A stretch of DNA of 61,736 bases, counting the filler. It is 14 parts of 14 records of this genome, joined end to end, with 100 filler letters (N's around TTAATTAATTAA, not from the genome) between each part and the next. Parts side by side here need not be neighbours in the genome. Positions count along the whole stretch, not along the records: positions 1 to 3,904 come from SRR15195285_5305; positions 4,005 to 7,260 come from SRR15195285_5328; positions 7,361 to 10,511 come from SRR15195285_5333; positions 10,612 to 14,304 come from SRR15195285_5334; 10 more parts are not named here. One strand, given 5' to 3'. Shown here piece by piece: positions 1 through 10,735 of this stretch. Position numbers and translations under genes: made by a program. Positions within the stretch are counted from its first letter, which is position 1; each line of letters starts with the position of its first letter. The notes below the pieces were generated by a model. The model had not been told where the DNA came from and searched no databases. It saw only the letters and a program-made list of their open reading frames with translations.

Positions 1-2
1 GC

Positions 3-2521
3 CCGGCCACCGCCTCCATCCTCGTCGAGGGCCTGAGCGCTGGCGGCGCCTCCGAGTCTTGGGCGCTGACGCTGAACTCCGGCGAGCGCGGCTTCGAGCT
101 GAACACCACCGGCTCGATGATCACCGATGCGAGCGCTGGCGCGGTCGTGAAGCATTCGTTGCACGCCTCGCCGCTGAGCGTCTATGGCTACTACCCGGCA
201 GACGGGGTGGTTCAGATGATGAACGCAGCGCCCGGCAAGACGCACATGCCCTCCTCCCGCCCTCTCTCCCGCATCTACATGATGGGTGGCGTCAACCCAA
301 GCAACACAAACCCCAAGCCCTCGGACGGCACGCAAGGTGCGATCGACATTCAGCGGAACCTCGGTGCAGCGATGCCTGGGCAGGTCACAATGCTCGCTTC
401 AAACCCGGGGCTGCTTGCCAAGACCGCGTTCTACGAGCTTGTCGCGGGCAACATAAGCACCGGGCTTGACGCCTGGGGAACTGGTGGGGGGCCGGATGGC
501 GTGAATGGCAGCTGCGTGAGCTTCCGCCAGACCGGCGGCTGCTCCGCCACTGGCCCACGCCAGCCGAACGGTGACAAGGACTGCGAGGAGACCATCCCAT
601 GTAATGGCGGCAGCTGCCCCTCCGGCTACTGCGAGTGCAAGGGCGGAGCAAGGCGCCACGCCGTCACCTGTAAACCTGGCTCGCACATGCCGTTCACATG
701 TGCCAGCATTTGCGCGCAACCTGACGACGAAGAACTTGTGACTGTCCGCGCGGGTACAAGCTGGAAGACCTCCGCGGTCATCACGCCGAACAACCACAAC
801 TTCCCAGCCGGGAGTCTCACCACTGGCCCCAACCTACCGATCGACGACCTGACAGCGGTCATGGCGGGAATCTATGGCAGCGCCCCTGGGTGTCTTTGTA
901 CGTTCCCGAACTCGCCTGCATGCCCAGGTATGGAGGGCAAGCACGAGAAGCTCGGCCAGATCGCAACAACCGTCGCCAGGCCAGACCGTGGATATGCGGG
1001 CACTTACAACTACTTCGATCCGGATAATTTCTTTAGTATGTCGGCGCTGATCTACTCTGGTGAGCCGTTCTTGCAGGAGCAGGCGCGGACTGTAATCGAG
1101 CGTTCCGGGAGCTGGCTCTGCATCGGCGAGGTCGAGCAGAAGAACAAGTGCACGTATGGTCAGCTGCCTCACCACTTCGTCGGCGATACGCCCACTTTCC
1201 TCGCACTATCTGGGGCCACGCAAACTGGCCCAAATACATTTTGGACAAAGTCTGCGCTGCAGTATGCACGGAACTCGGGCAATCTCGCGTGGCTCAAGAC
1301 GTACATGCCAACGCTTCGCGCCTCTTCGGCGTTCTGTTTCGACTTGATCAACCCAGAGAACCACTTGCTGCTCGCGCCAGGCTCGCTCATGGTGGACGTC
1401 TTCGTGCGCCAGGTTCGAATGATCCCGACCACACACGCCGCTTCTCCTTGCACAGTCCGATGGCCGTGCTCTAACCTTGTGCCTCGCGTGAGCTGCAGAA
1501 CTACACGGCAGATTCCAATGCCATGATGGTGGGCTTTCTCAACGAGTTTGCAGACGCAGAGGAGGCGGTTGGAAATACCACAGGAGCAGCGGCGTTTCGA
1601 GCGAAGGCGACCGCGATGAGCACGGCGATGACCAAGTACCTGTGGGATACTGACCACTTCGTGACGCAGGTGAATCCGGATCCGGGGCCTGCCGGCCCGC
1701 GGGGTATCAGCACAGCTGGAATGGATTGCGCAAAAGCCCACAACTGCCGTGACTTCGTCGACTATGACTCTAACGTCATCGCTGTGGCACATGGCGTCGG
1801 AGGCTCAGAGAAAGGCAAGACTGCGCTTGCACGCATCGATGCTGGCAAGGCCGCTAATTCCTCCTCGCCGGTGCAAAAGTGCACCGCAATGCAGGGCGGC
1901 GGTCCACAGTGGACCTCTGAGATATGGTACGGCCCTGGCGACACGACCGGCTTCCCGCATGGCAATGTCGGTGACTCGTGCTCTGCTATGGGGCGAATCG
2001 CGTACTTCGACGCGCTGGCGCGGAAGAAAGTGGGTGATGCTGCCTCGTTCAACACACAGCTCAGCCTCATGCAGAAGGACTTGCTATTCTACACCTGGAT
2101 GCACGAACGTTATGGCTGCGATGGCAAGATGCAGACCAACCGTACGGCTGCATACTTTGAGTACCCGAGCACGGTCGCCATCCTCAACCGTGAGATCCGC
2201 TACGGCATCGAGATCAACTTCAAAAAGGTCACGGTCAAGCCACTGATGTCGAAGCCCGGACCGTTTTCGTACCACGTTGGCAACGTTGACGTCGACTACA
2301 AGCCCAGCGCCACCACCAAGATCGAGGTGCCGACGGCACCCGGCGTCCACAAAGAGTACTCCCTACATGGGATGGTTGCAAACGGAGGGTACACGCTGAG
2401 AGCGAAGGGAGCCTGCGCGTTTGCTGGAGAGGACGCGTCCGCCACTGCGACACAGGCGGGCGTGCTGACCTTCGTGGCGGACGGCTCGTGTGGCGGAGTT
2501 GAGGTGGACTTCGCGCAGTAG
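3..2521 (+). CDS. Six-hairpin (alpha/alpha)6 glycosidase-like protein, 5'-partial; exons <3-1412 and 1499-2521
   Basis: Frame is open from window start. Intron 1413-1498 (GTTCGA...CTAAC...CAG) joins ORFs 117-1526 and 1523-2521 into VDVFVRQ|NYTADSNAMMVGFL. Helical-barrel-type motifs (YNYFDPD, WLKTYMPTL, YLWD, DFVDYDSNVIAVAHG, WMHERY, YFEYP) and a C-terminal beta-rich tail. Substrate unknown. Confidence 0.6.
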
Positions 2522-2553
2522 AGTGGCCGACGAATGGACAACAAGCTGCACAG

Positions 2554-3904
2554 CTATAACTTGCTGCTCTCATTGTTTGCTGGGTACAACTTGTCTGCAA
2601 TCGCAAGATCCCCTCTGCAATCATCCAACACACTATCCAGCACTTCACGTAGCCCACCTGGTTGTGCATCGTGTGCAGGGCAGCTAAGCTCTAGTAGAGC
2701 GTCCGTAATCCGCCTCACTACTGCTGCTGTCCCGTACTCATACCCCCCAACATGTCTCTCCAACAGTCTGGCAGGACACTCTTCCATGGTGCCTGCGACG
2801 GAGACGAATGGCATTCCCATCCCGCTGCCGTGTGGATCGAATCTCGTCAGTGGTTCGTCGTTGCCTGCTGGATTGTCACCGAATGCAACGGCCTGATCGA
2901 GCCTAGTGCGACAGCGTTGGACCCACGCAATCATTTTAGACAAGATTGTGCTTCAGGAATATCAACCGCGGGAGCACAGAGCAACCGTAAGCACTAAAGC
3001 ACATTTTCATATACGTATATGGTGGCATGGAGTATCAAGGCAGGGCACACCGAAAATTATGAAAGCGATCGCTGTTGCGCAGCATGTATTCAACCGGAAG
3101 CGACTTGTCCACCGCTGGGTTCTTCAGCCAGAGAGAGTTCGGGGCTGAAGAAGGTGCCAACCCAAGCGCATTCAGCCGGTGCTCCACCTGTGATGCCGAA
3201 ACACAACACAGTGTCAGGTACAACTCGAGTATTGAATGACGCAAGAGCTGTCTTTGCATCTGTGCGGCCGCACATCAAGCTGTGCCATGTACTTGGGAGC
3301 GATATCGCGCGGGATGTTCATGACAATGCAGCTCGTGAACACAACGTCGCAATCTTTGTCTTCCATTCGTGCGATAGACTCCGCAGTCATCGGACCAACC
3401 TCATTGCGCCAGATCAAGCTACCTCGCTCCTTCAGTGCGCCGCGCATCGACAGTAGATTCTCCAGGGTAAAAAGCTCTCGGAGGTGTTCGCGAGCAGCTT
3501 TGACCAATTGTGTGTCGGACGAGTCGACATGGGCAGGATCGTTGCCACGCTCCTTGGCGGCCTCGTCGCGCACGATACGTAGGGCGTTGTCGGGCGAAAG
3601 CCGCGGCCAAGCCTCGAGCTTCGCGGCAACCTTCCGCTCCTCCTCAATCGCTACCGTGTCGTCCGTACCGCCATATAGTGGTTGTCGCGCGGTGGCCGCG
3701 CGGATCACCCGCTGTAAGATCATCGGGTAGTAGTGTCTCTCGCGTGGGCCCTGGCTCCTCAGCAGGCTAGGATCGACCAGCAAGTCGTCAAAGAACGCGA
3801 GCTGGATGTCCCGCGAGATCTCTAGCAGCGCGGGCATGTGAACCGGCGGGAGGCCTGGGACGCTCGCGACGCCACTGTTGCCTTCCAGCGCCGACATCGC
3901 GTAC
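2554..3904 (-). CDS. HAD-superfamily (IIB/PMM-like) hydrolase, probably 5'-partial, with C-terminal PTS1 (SKL); exons 3904-3274, 3187-3051, 2902-2554
   Basis: Introns 3188-3273 (GTGCGG..CAG) and 2903-3050 (GTGTGC..TAG) join three ORF-track fragments in frame, giving VDKSLPVEYML (motif III Lys) and AVAFGDNPAGNDEPL (motif IV). Ends NNESSKL*. Motif I is not visible. Confidence 0.6.
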
Positions 3905-4004
3905 NNNNNNNNNNNNNNNNNNNNNNNNNNNNNNNNNNNNNNNNNNNNTTAATTAATTAANNNNNNNNNNNNNNNNNNNNNNNNNNNNNNNNNNNNNNNN
4001 NNNN
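3905..4004. other. Artificial contig linker N44-TTAATTAATTAA-N44 (first of 13)
   Basis: Identical 100-nt six-frame-stop spacers at 3905, 7261, 10512, 14305, 19496, 22666, 29096, 32493, 36650, 40753, 44366, 51933 and 57249. Confidence 0.98.
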
Positions 4005-4467
4005 CGACAGTTGGAGTGCATGCTGGAGCGGTGTGCGCTAGGATCCTACCTTCCTACCTCAGTACGTTCCTGTCCATCATATGAGATATCCTGTAGTGCC
4101 ACGCACGCGCGCGCGCGCCGCCACACGCGCGCGCGCATGCGCATGCGCACTCACGCACGCCTCCGTGAGATCGATCGTATCGTTTCGCTCACGCCTTCCG
4201 CTTCACTCATCGTGCGTCATTGCGCCGAGGCCAGCGTGCGTCGGGGTCCCCCTGAGGCGACGAGCAGTAAGGCACGTGACACTGTGAAGGTCCAGCCTCA
4301 ACGGAAGGATCAGGTAGGGCCACCCCCACCCCCATGGCTTGCAACCCGCCTGTACAAAGAGCGTTGCCGCGCACAGGCGAGCGACCGTCAATCGAACCTT
4401 GCCGATCCACGCCCAAGTGGACGAACGTTGACCTGCACCTGCTCGCGCCGTTAGGCACCCTGTTGAA

Positions 4468-6846
4468 ATGGACGGCACGGGGCTCGTCGCCGGGGTCGCG
4501 CCGGTGGCCAGCATGGTGGCAGGCCCCTCCGCGGTCGCTGGAGATGAGGTTGTGATCGAGCGCCAGATCCCTCTCGTTGGGTTTGACCGGGTAACCATTG
4601 CTGGTGATTCAGCCACCATCAAACACAGCCGCGGGTTCTGCAACATCAACATGCTTAGCAACTGGACCGAGAACCGGCTTGATTTCGTCCGAACGGCATA
4701 TCTGGCAATCCAAAAAGAGCGACTATCGATCTCAATGCTCATCCTCGTCCTCATCGCGTGCGCTGTCCTCGCTATCTACGGTGTCGCTTCTTGTAGCAAG
4801 GGGCTCTTCATTGTCGCCATGCTAGCAATCGTTGTAACCGTCGTCGCCTATTTGCTGGTCGCCAAGGAATCAGTGTTGTTTGCGAGCAAGAAGGTGCCAC
4901 TGGACGGCTGCGACATCACCTACGAGTCTACAGACGATTCCAAGGGACGCCTCATGCAAGCCTACACCCGTGCCATCTATGGTTTGTTCTACGGTGGCGC
5001 CGCCCCACCGGAAGCCCCAGAAAAGACATACACCAAGAGAGTCCTCGCGTGGAATGTCTTGCCGAAGGGGACAGACACTATCAACATCCATCCGGGTCAC
5101 GTGGAGATCGAGCAAACCCGTCGCGTTTGCGGTATCGGGCCCGCAACTTCGACAACATTTGTCGCCCCGATGAAGAACGTGCAGTGGCTGCACTTCTCGA
5201 GTAGTGGGCGCAAGTTGGGCCGACTCGTCATCGGAATTTTCGTCGCATCATTTATTGGGTCTATGTTCGGCGGCATGCTCATTCCTCTCACCTGCTCGTC
5301 CGGCAGTAGTGTGCCGGAGCACACGGGTGATGGGCACACGTCCAATACTGATGCTAGTGCCGGCGGCGGGCTCGACTTGTTTTCACACTGCTCGGCAACA
5401 GGTTCTTGTACACCTGCTCAGTGTGCCTGCACAACACAAGGTCGGCGGATGCAAGACACAGACTGTGGTGGAGGAATGTTCGATTGGGGCCATGACGACT
5501 CTGGAGGCCACGATGACTCTGGAGGAACATCTGGGTTCGATTGGAGCTGGCTATTCTCTGGCACGTCGGGCAAGTCGGGCACTCCAAGTCCAGGAACGCG
5601 TGGCTCTTGTACATGCGATGGTGTTTGCTCGGATGACGGCCCTCCTTTGCCCTCGCATGATGATACAAAGAGCTGCCCTCCTCCTTGCACCGACGACAGT
5701 GTCGGCGAGTGCAAGAGTTGCCCGCACTGGTACACGCCATTCGTGGTGGTACTGATTGTTGCGCTGGTAGCAGTTTTTTTCATTCTCCTAGCCCTGTGTG
5801 GGATGGTGATGATATTCTTCATTATCGCGCTTTGGTTCGTCGCTTCGCTCATCAGCATGCTACAAGTACTGGAGGGCCCCAACCACTGTATGGCTCCACC
5901 TTATGTTGTCGCGTACATCTTTTCTGTGATGTGGGTGCTCTACTGGTACCTGGACAAAGAGCAGTATCTTTCGTTGGGGATTGATGAGGCACCGCTCGCT
6001 CGCTGGTTCAGTGCGAGTCCGTTTGCAGATCGAGGAACAACTGTGGATGTTTCCTTACCTTCAATCCTGAACGGCGGCGTGACGCCGGAGGAAGTTGCCG
6101 CAGAGTTTCTTCCCCGCATGCTCGGCAGGCCTGTAGACGCCACGAAGATCAAGTCATGGAGGGGGACGCAGAACACGGGCAGCCAGATCACCCTTTACAA
6201 AGACTTCATTGCTGTCGAGTTCTTCGAAACTGGCTGTTGTTGCTTCAAATCGTGCGTTGACACGCAGAGGGACTTCTATTTCATCTTGCTCAAAGACGTC
6301 CAGCACGTCGAGGTTGGAGTCTCGCAGAACAAATGGCTCGTACTTCTTCTCATGTTATTCGCCGCCTGGACTGTCATCAGCTTTCTTGGATATGTTGGGG
6401 AGGCGTTCGGATGTGGAGGCTGTGCTGCCAGTTTCACGACACCCTTGGTGCTATTTCTGTCTAACGGGGGAGTGTGGATGTACACCAAGCGTGGCACCAT
6501 CTCGATTGGTGCGGCGCCAGGCGGTTCGGTTCACGCTCTCGGGAATCCTTTTGGACGAGATTCGCCTTTCCATGTGACATTCGCTTTTGCAACCGAGGAT
6601 GTTGCCATTATCCAGGACACGATCAAGGCAGCTGCTGATGCCTCTAAGCTCGTTACGAGTCAGGCAGGCTCCGTGAGCTTCGTGCAGATTGCGCAGTCCG
6701 TGGTACCAATCCCGATCGCAACGGTTGTCCCTGGGATGCAATTGGAAGAGAGCATGCAGCCATCAGCTCCTGCCGTCGTCGTTTCTACTGAGCCTAGTGC
6801 ACCGGACACGTTCGAGATGCAGAAGGTGAGTGGCGGTGGAATGTGA
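4468..6846 (+). CDS. Uncharacterised multi-pass membrane protein (792 aa) with a Cys/Gly-rich central insert
   Basis: Long uninterrupted ORF with several hydrophobic helices, a Cys-rich segment containing a GHDDSG duplication, and PSAP motifs near the C-terminus. Confidence 0.7.
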   Translation: MDGTGLVAGVAPVASMVAGPSAVAGDEVVIERQIPLVGFDRVTIAGDSATIKHSRGFCNINMLSNWTENRLDFVRTAYLAIQKERLSISMLILVLIACAVLAIYGVASCSKGLFIVAMLAIVVTVVAYLLVAKESVLFASKKVPLDGCDITYESTDDSKGRLMQAYTRAIYGLFYGGAAPPEAPEKTYTKRVLAWNVLPKGTDTINIHPGHVEIEQTRRVCGIGPATSTTFVAPMKNVQWLHFSSSGRKLGRLVIGIFVASFIGSMFGGMLIPLTCSSGSSVPEHTGDGHTSNTDASAGGGLDLFSHCSATGSCTPAQCACTTQGRRMQDTDCGGGMFDWGHDDSGGHDDSGGTSGFDWSWLFSGTSGKSGTPSPGTRGSCTCDGVCSDDGPPLPSHDDTKSCPPPCTDDSVGECKSCPHWYTPFVVVLIVALVAVFFILLALCGMVMIFFIIALWFVASLISMLQVLEGPNHCMAPPYVVAYIFSVMWVLYWYLDKEQYLSLGIDEAPLARWFSASPFADRGTTVDVSLPSILNGGVTPEEVAAEFLPRMLGRPVDATKIKSWRGTQNTGSQITLYKDFIAVEFFETGCCCFKSCVDTQRDFYFILLKDVQHVEVGVSQNKWLVLLLMLFAAWTVISFLGYVGEAFGCGGCAASFTTPLVLFLSNGGVWMYTKRGTISIGAAPGGSVHALGNPFGRDSPFHVTFAFATEDVAIIQDTIKAAADASKLVTSQAGSVSFVQIAQSVVPIPIATVVPGMQLEESMQPSAPAVVVSTEPSAPDTFEMQKVSGGGM

Positions 6847-7713
6847 TGCTTAATGAAGAATTTGAAGCATGATTGTGGAATGAACGTGTTGTGACTAATC
6901 GCCTTGAGCACCACCTGGCTCGTGCCTCGTGCTCTCAGCCAGCCTACGCCCAGACGGCACGCTGGCATCTCCAACAGATTCTTGCGACGAGTATTGAGCC
7001 ATTGCTGCATGGCCAGGTCTAGGCCAGCGATAGCTAGGTCGGCAGCAGCGTCGGCGTCATTCTCATCACTACTGCTTGTCAGCTCTGTGTTGAATATCGC
7101 GGGAATGAAAGGTGCAGTCGATGCCGTTGCGGAAGCAGCTCGTCTTTCGTCACCAATGAGGCTACTGTCGTTTCTCATTGAGATATCGGAAGCACGCGCC
7201 GGCTGACCCAATGACGGCTCTCGATCACGTGAAGGCTGCTGCTGCTGCTGCTGCTGCTGCNNNNNNNNNNNNNNNNNNNNNNNNNNNNNNNNNNNNNNNN
7301 NNNNTTAATTAATTAANNNNNNNNNNNNNNNNNNNNNNNNNNNNNNNNNNNNNNNNNNNNCACGCATTAGGCGGTCGAGTAAGTTTTGTAACACCTGGTT
7401 GATTGCGGCACACACAACCAGTTCTTGATTTGACGGTGACCGGACTTGTTGTGATCAATACACATGATTCACTGCCCAGCGAATGCATCGCATCTGCTGA
7501 TATCAGCACGACATTATTCTTCCGACGCGTTGAGGAATGAATCGATGAAGGCACCCCCGCGCCGGCGCCGGCGGCGGGCGGGCGGGCACATACTACTACG
7601 GTACGGTCATACGGCGCGCCGGCTCGACGCCGATCGCCGACCGTCGCGCGTGCTCCCTGACGTAAAGCACCCGCTAGTCTTGAGTGTCTCTGTCTGTGAG
7701 GACAGGCTGGATC

Positions 7714-9043
7714 ATGAGCTCATGGAAGACCGCGTACCGCTCCTTTTACTACGCCAAGTCCGTCCGCATTACTCGCGCCCACGCATGCCCAGTCGCTCCG
7801 CAGCTGCCCAGTCGAGGTGTGTGTGCTGATATCAGCAAGCGAGTGCGTCGATGGCTGACCGGTGCTATGTGTGGCATGTGTAGCGCTGAGGAGCCAGATG
7901 ATATTCATCTCGACCCGGCAACAACTGCACTCCTTTGCATTGACATCCAGAAGACTTACATGGAACCGCAAGACACACCTGAAGAGAACGAGCGTTGGGC
8001 GCCATTCTGTAAGTCTTGCTCTGCTCTGCTCTGCTGGAGCTGCGTCACCCCAAATGACAGGCATCACCAATGCTGCCGTTTTGCCCTACAGACAAACGAA
8101 TGAATGAAATCGTCATTCCAAATAACAAGCTTCTCATTGAGGATGCCCGTAAGCGCGGCGTTGAAGTGATTTTCGCCCGCATTGCCTGCCAAAAGACTGA
8201 TGGTCGCGATCGCAGTCTTTCACAGAAGAAGCCTGGTGCGTCTGTCTCCCAGACACGTCGTATTCTCTTCGCTGCCGCTTTATCGCCACTTGCGTGGCGC
8301 TACATCTCCAAAGAAAATATGACGGGAACCGTTCATTATCCCTGGTGCGTTGTTCAGGCTTCAATTACTTGCTGTTGCCGAAGGATCGGGCGGACGCACA
8401 GATCGTTGACGAGCTGAAGCCAGGGGATGACGAAATCCAAATCTGCAAAACGACAGACTCTGCTCTGACGGGTACAAATCTACGGCTGCTGCTGGCAAAT
8501 ATGGGCATCAAGACTGTAATATGCACGGGCATTTTCACTGACCAGTGCGTGGCAAGCACCGTGCGCAGTCTCGCTGACGAGTCCTTTGACGTGCTGGTGA
8601 GGGTTGGCCTGGACGATTTGCCTCGATGGCTTGTGTTCTGCGGTTGGGAAACGTATCGCTCACATCTATGCTGCTGAATGAGCAGGTCGTGGATGATTGT
8701 TGTGCTGCTGCGACTGACACATTGCATAAACATGAGCTTGAGATCATCAACATGATTTATTGTGCGTGATGGTTCAACGTCGCTTTGCAACGCAGGATGA
8801 TTGTGCTCACTTGACTAAGTTTCTCTCGCTATCATGGTAGGTCACGTGGTGCAAATGGATGAGCTCATCAGTTTTTACGAAGGAGCACCTGATGGTCCAG
8901 GAGAGGTAAGGATACACTGCACGCCAGCCACATTGGCACGTATAATTTATCATGTCAAAGCAGCGTTCATCGCTAACTACCAGTTCTCCGAAACAACTGT
9001 CGTTGAACAGGCCACTGAAGCGGAGCCGGAGCCAGCGGCATAG
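7714..9043 (+). CDS. Isochorismatase-like cysteine hydrolase, 241 aa, 7 exons (7714-7757, 7884-8008, 8092-8235, 8358-8596, 8686-8761, 8841-8905, 9011-9043)
   Basis: Six GT-AG introns give a continuous 726-nt frame: MSSWKTAYRSFYYANAEEPDD...TALLCIDIQ (Asp)...EIQICKTTDSALTGTNL (Lys)...GIFTDQCVASTVRSLAD (Cys)...VVDDCCAA. The last acceptor is least certain because that intron is in frame. Confidence 0.9.
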
Positions 9044-10463
9044 CTAGCTCTGCTAGGCGGCTGCTGCGTTTGCCTGATGGGCATCGCTTTCCACCTTAAG
9101 TAGACCAATGGCAGAAGATACGCTAATTTGGTGGGATGAATAAGTCGCGCTCAGCCGCCTCTGGCCACCACATCACTCGTTCTTGCACGTCATTCACTGT
9201 GGCACTCTCACGTGGTGATTAGCGGCGACATTCATGCCAGTTCGCTCGTACAACTGCCCTTGGCTTCCGCGCTGTAAAGCTCTTGATCTTTTTACACGGA
9301 ATGAGCAATTGTGTCTCCTCAAGAACATTGACATGCGTCTTCGTTAGGAGCACCTAGTCCTTAATGCATAAGGAGCACGGTCCAGGCACAGACGAAGGGC
9401 CGCGGTCTGGGGTCGCGAATTACGAGCTCTTGAGAACTCGTAATTCGCGACCCCCAAACCGCGGCCATCTGGGATGTGCATTCTACCTGCTCCGCGCCCT
9501 GCCAACTCTCGGGCGTGTGGTGCGTCTAGGTATATACGCTGCTAGCCGAGGAGAACCGTAGACGAGTATGGCGGCGTGCGGTTTGCCTGCGCGCGGCGCT
9601 CGCTCGCTGATTACGGCATCACACCAGGCACGTGCACACCGCACCCGGACTTAGCGCTAGGTGAAGTCGAGTGCGAATACAATCCCGGAACGTCAATCCA
9701 ACATCTGCCGCGGATCGCAAACGCCGTCGCTGGTAAACATTACACAAGGAGAGGCATCTCTCACAGCCCTCTATGAGGTGGGACGAGAGCACGAAGCTCT
9801 AGGGTTTACTGGGCGTGCCAATAACAGCATGCGGGTTGTGTTGATGGTGAGCGCGAGATGACTCCTCTCATGGTCTCAATTGAGAAGATTAATGTAGAGG
9901 CTCTGTTGTTTTCGCATCAGAGCACTGATGACTACTTCAAGCTTGGGGCTGACGGTGCAGATGCAAGCGCAAGGCAAACAACAAGGTATCTGGTACTCAA
10001 TCTCAGGGTATGCCGCTGTATCGTGTGGCTGGCTAAGAAAGGAATTGGCAATATCTGAGACATTAGTCAAAAGGCGCACACGCCTGTTCACTTAGAAAGG
10101 CGTGCCTGTGTGGTCCTTGGCTTCAGCTCAAGCAACAATCCAGAGCGAACTATTCGCACCACAAGCTTCCACACTAACTTGGCTAGGCAGCATCTTCGAA
10201 TCGGCCTTTAGACACATGCCACGCTCCCCCTTCGGGTGTATAGACTGACGCTCGTTGCTCTCGGTAGAAATGTCCCAGAGGCTGGTGCCATCCTTGTCGC
10301 CTGAAGGTGTTCCAATCTCAAACTCGCACTATTATGCCAATCTCGCATTAAAGGTGATGATCATTGCAGTTGTGCAGCTAGTCAAGTACGAAGTTGTAGC
10401 GCAGTTCCCAGAACTCTGCTCCACTAGTACCAGCGCCGGTGCGTGGTTGTACTCTTGAGTTAG

Positions 10464-10498
10464 TGACACCGGGCAAAAGGCCCTTTTGCCCGGTGTCA
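10464..10498. repeat. Perfect inverted repeat, 17-bp arms with a 1-nt spacer
   Basis: TGACACCGGGCAAAAGG-C-CCTTTTGCCCGGTGTCA read directly. Confidence 0.95.
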
Positions 10499-10611
10499 GG
10501 CGGTGAGCGAANNNNNNNNNNNNNNNNNNNNNNNNNNNNNNNNNNNNNNNNNNNNTTAATTAATTAANNNNNNNNNNNNNNNNNNNNNNNNNNNNNNNNN
10601 NNNNNNNNNNN

Positions 10612-10688
10612 CTGCCTGCCTGTCTGCCTGCCTGTCTGTCTTTGTGTTTGTCTGTCACTCACCGTCTGTCTGTCTGTCTGTCTGTCTG
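10612..10688. repeat. (CTGT/CTGC)n microsatellite at a contig start, probably the end of a 5'-UTR intron of the myosin gene
   Basis: Tetranucleotide array ending in TGCAG about 40 nt before the myosin ATG. Similar arrays at 32593-32620 and 36497-36649. Confidence 0.85.
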
Positions 10689-10735
10689 CTGCAGGAGAAA
10701 CCCGGGTCCCCGGTTGAAGGCGGCGAGGCAGCGCG

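Noticed and set aside
1523-1526. ATGA overlap between ORFs 117-1526 and 1523-2521 suggesting bacterial translational coupling
   Set aside because: Explained by an 86-nt spliceosomal intron (1413-1498) with a CTAAC branch point; one gene.
3949-3960. TTAATTAATTAA repeated 13 times, resembling a dispersed repeat or array
   Set aside because: Always centred in exactly 44+44 Ns; an artificial six-frame-stop concatenation linker.
6660-7260. Minus-strand ORF 6660-7211 as the 3' end of a gene
   Set aside because: Low complexity, overlaps the upstream gene and has no motif; possible but unsupported.
8232-8350. CCTGGTGCGT repeated at the donor and near the end of isochorismatase intron 3, and introner-like origin of the introns generally
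   Set aside because: A single 10-mer not placed as a target-site duplication; the introns share no visible similarity with one another.
9050-10460. Short ORFs downstream of the isochorismatase as a transposon or pseudogene
   Set aside because: No recognisable RT, transposase or other motif and no consistent splice chain; left unannotated.
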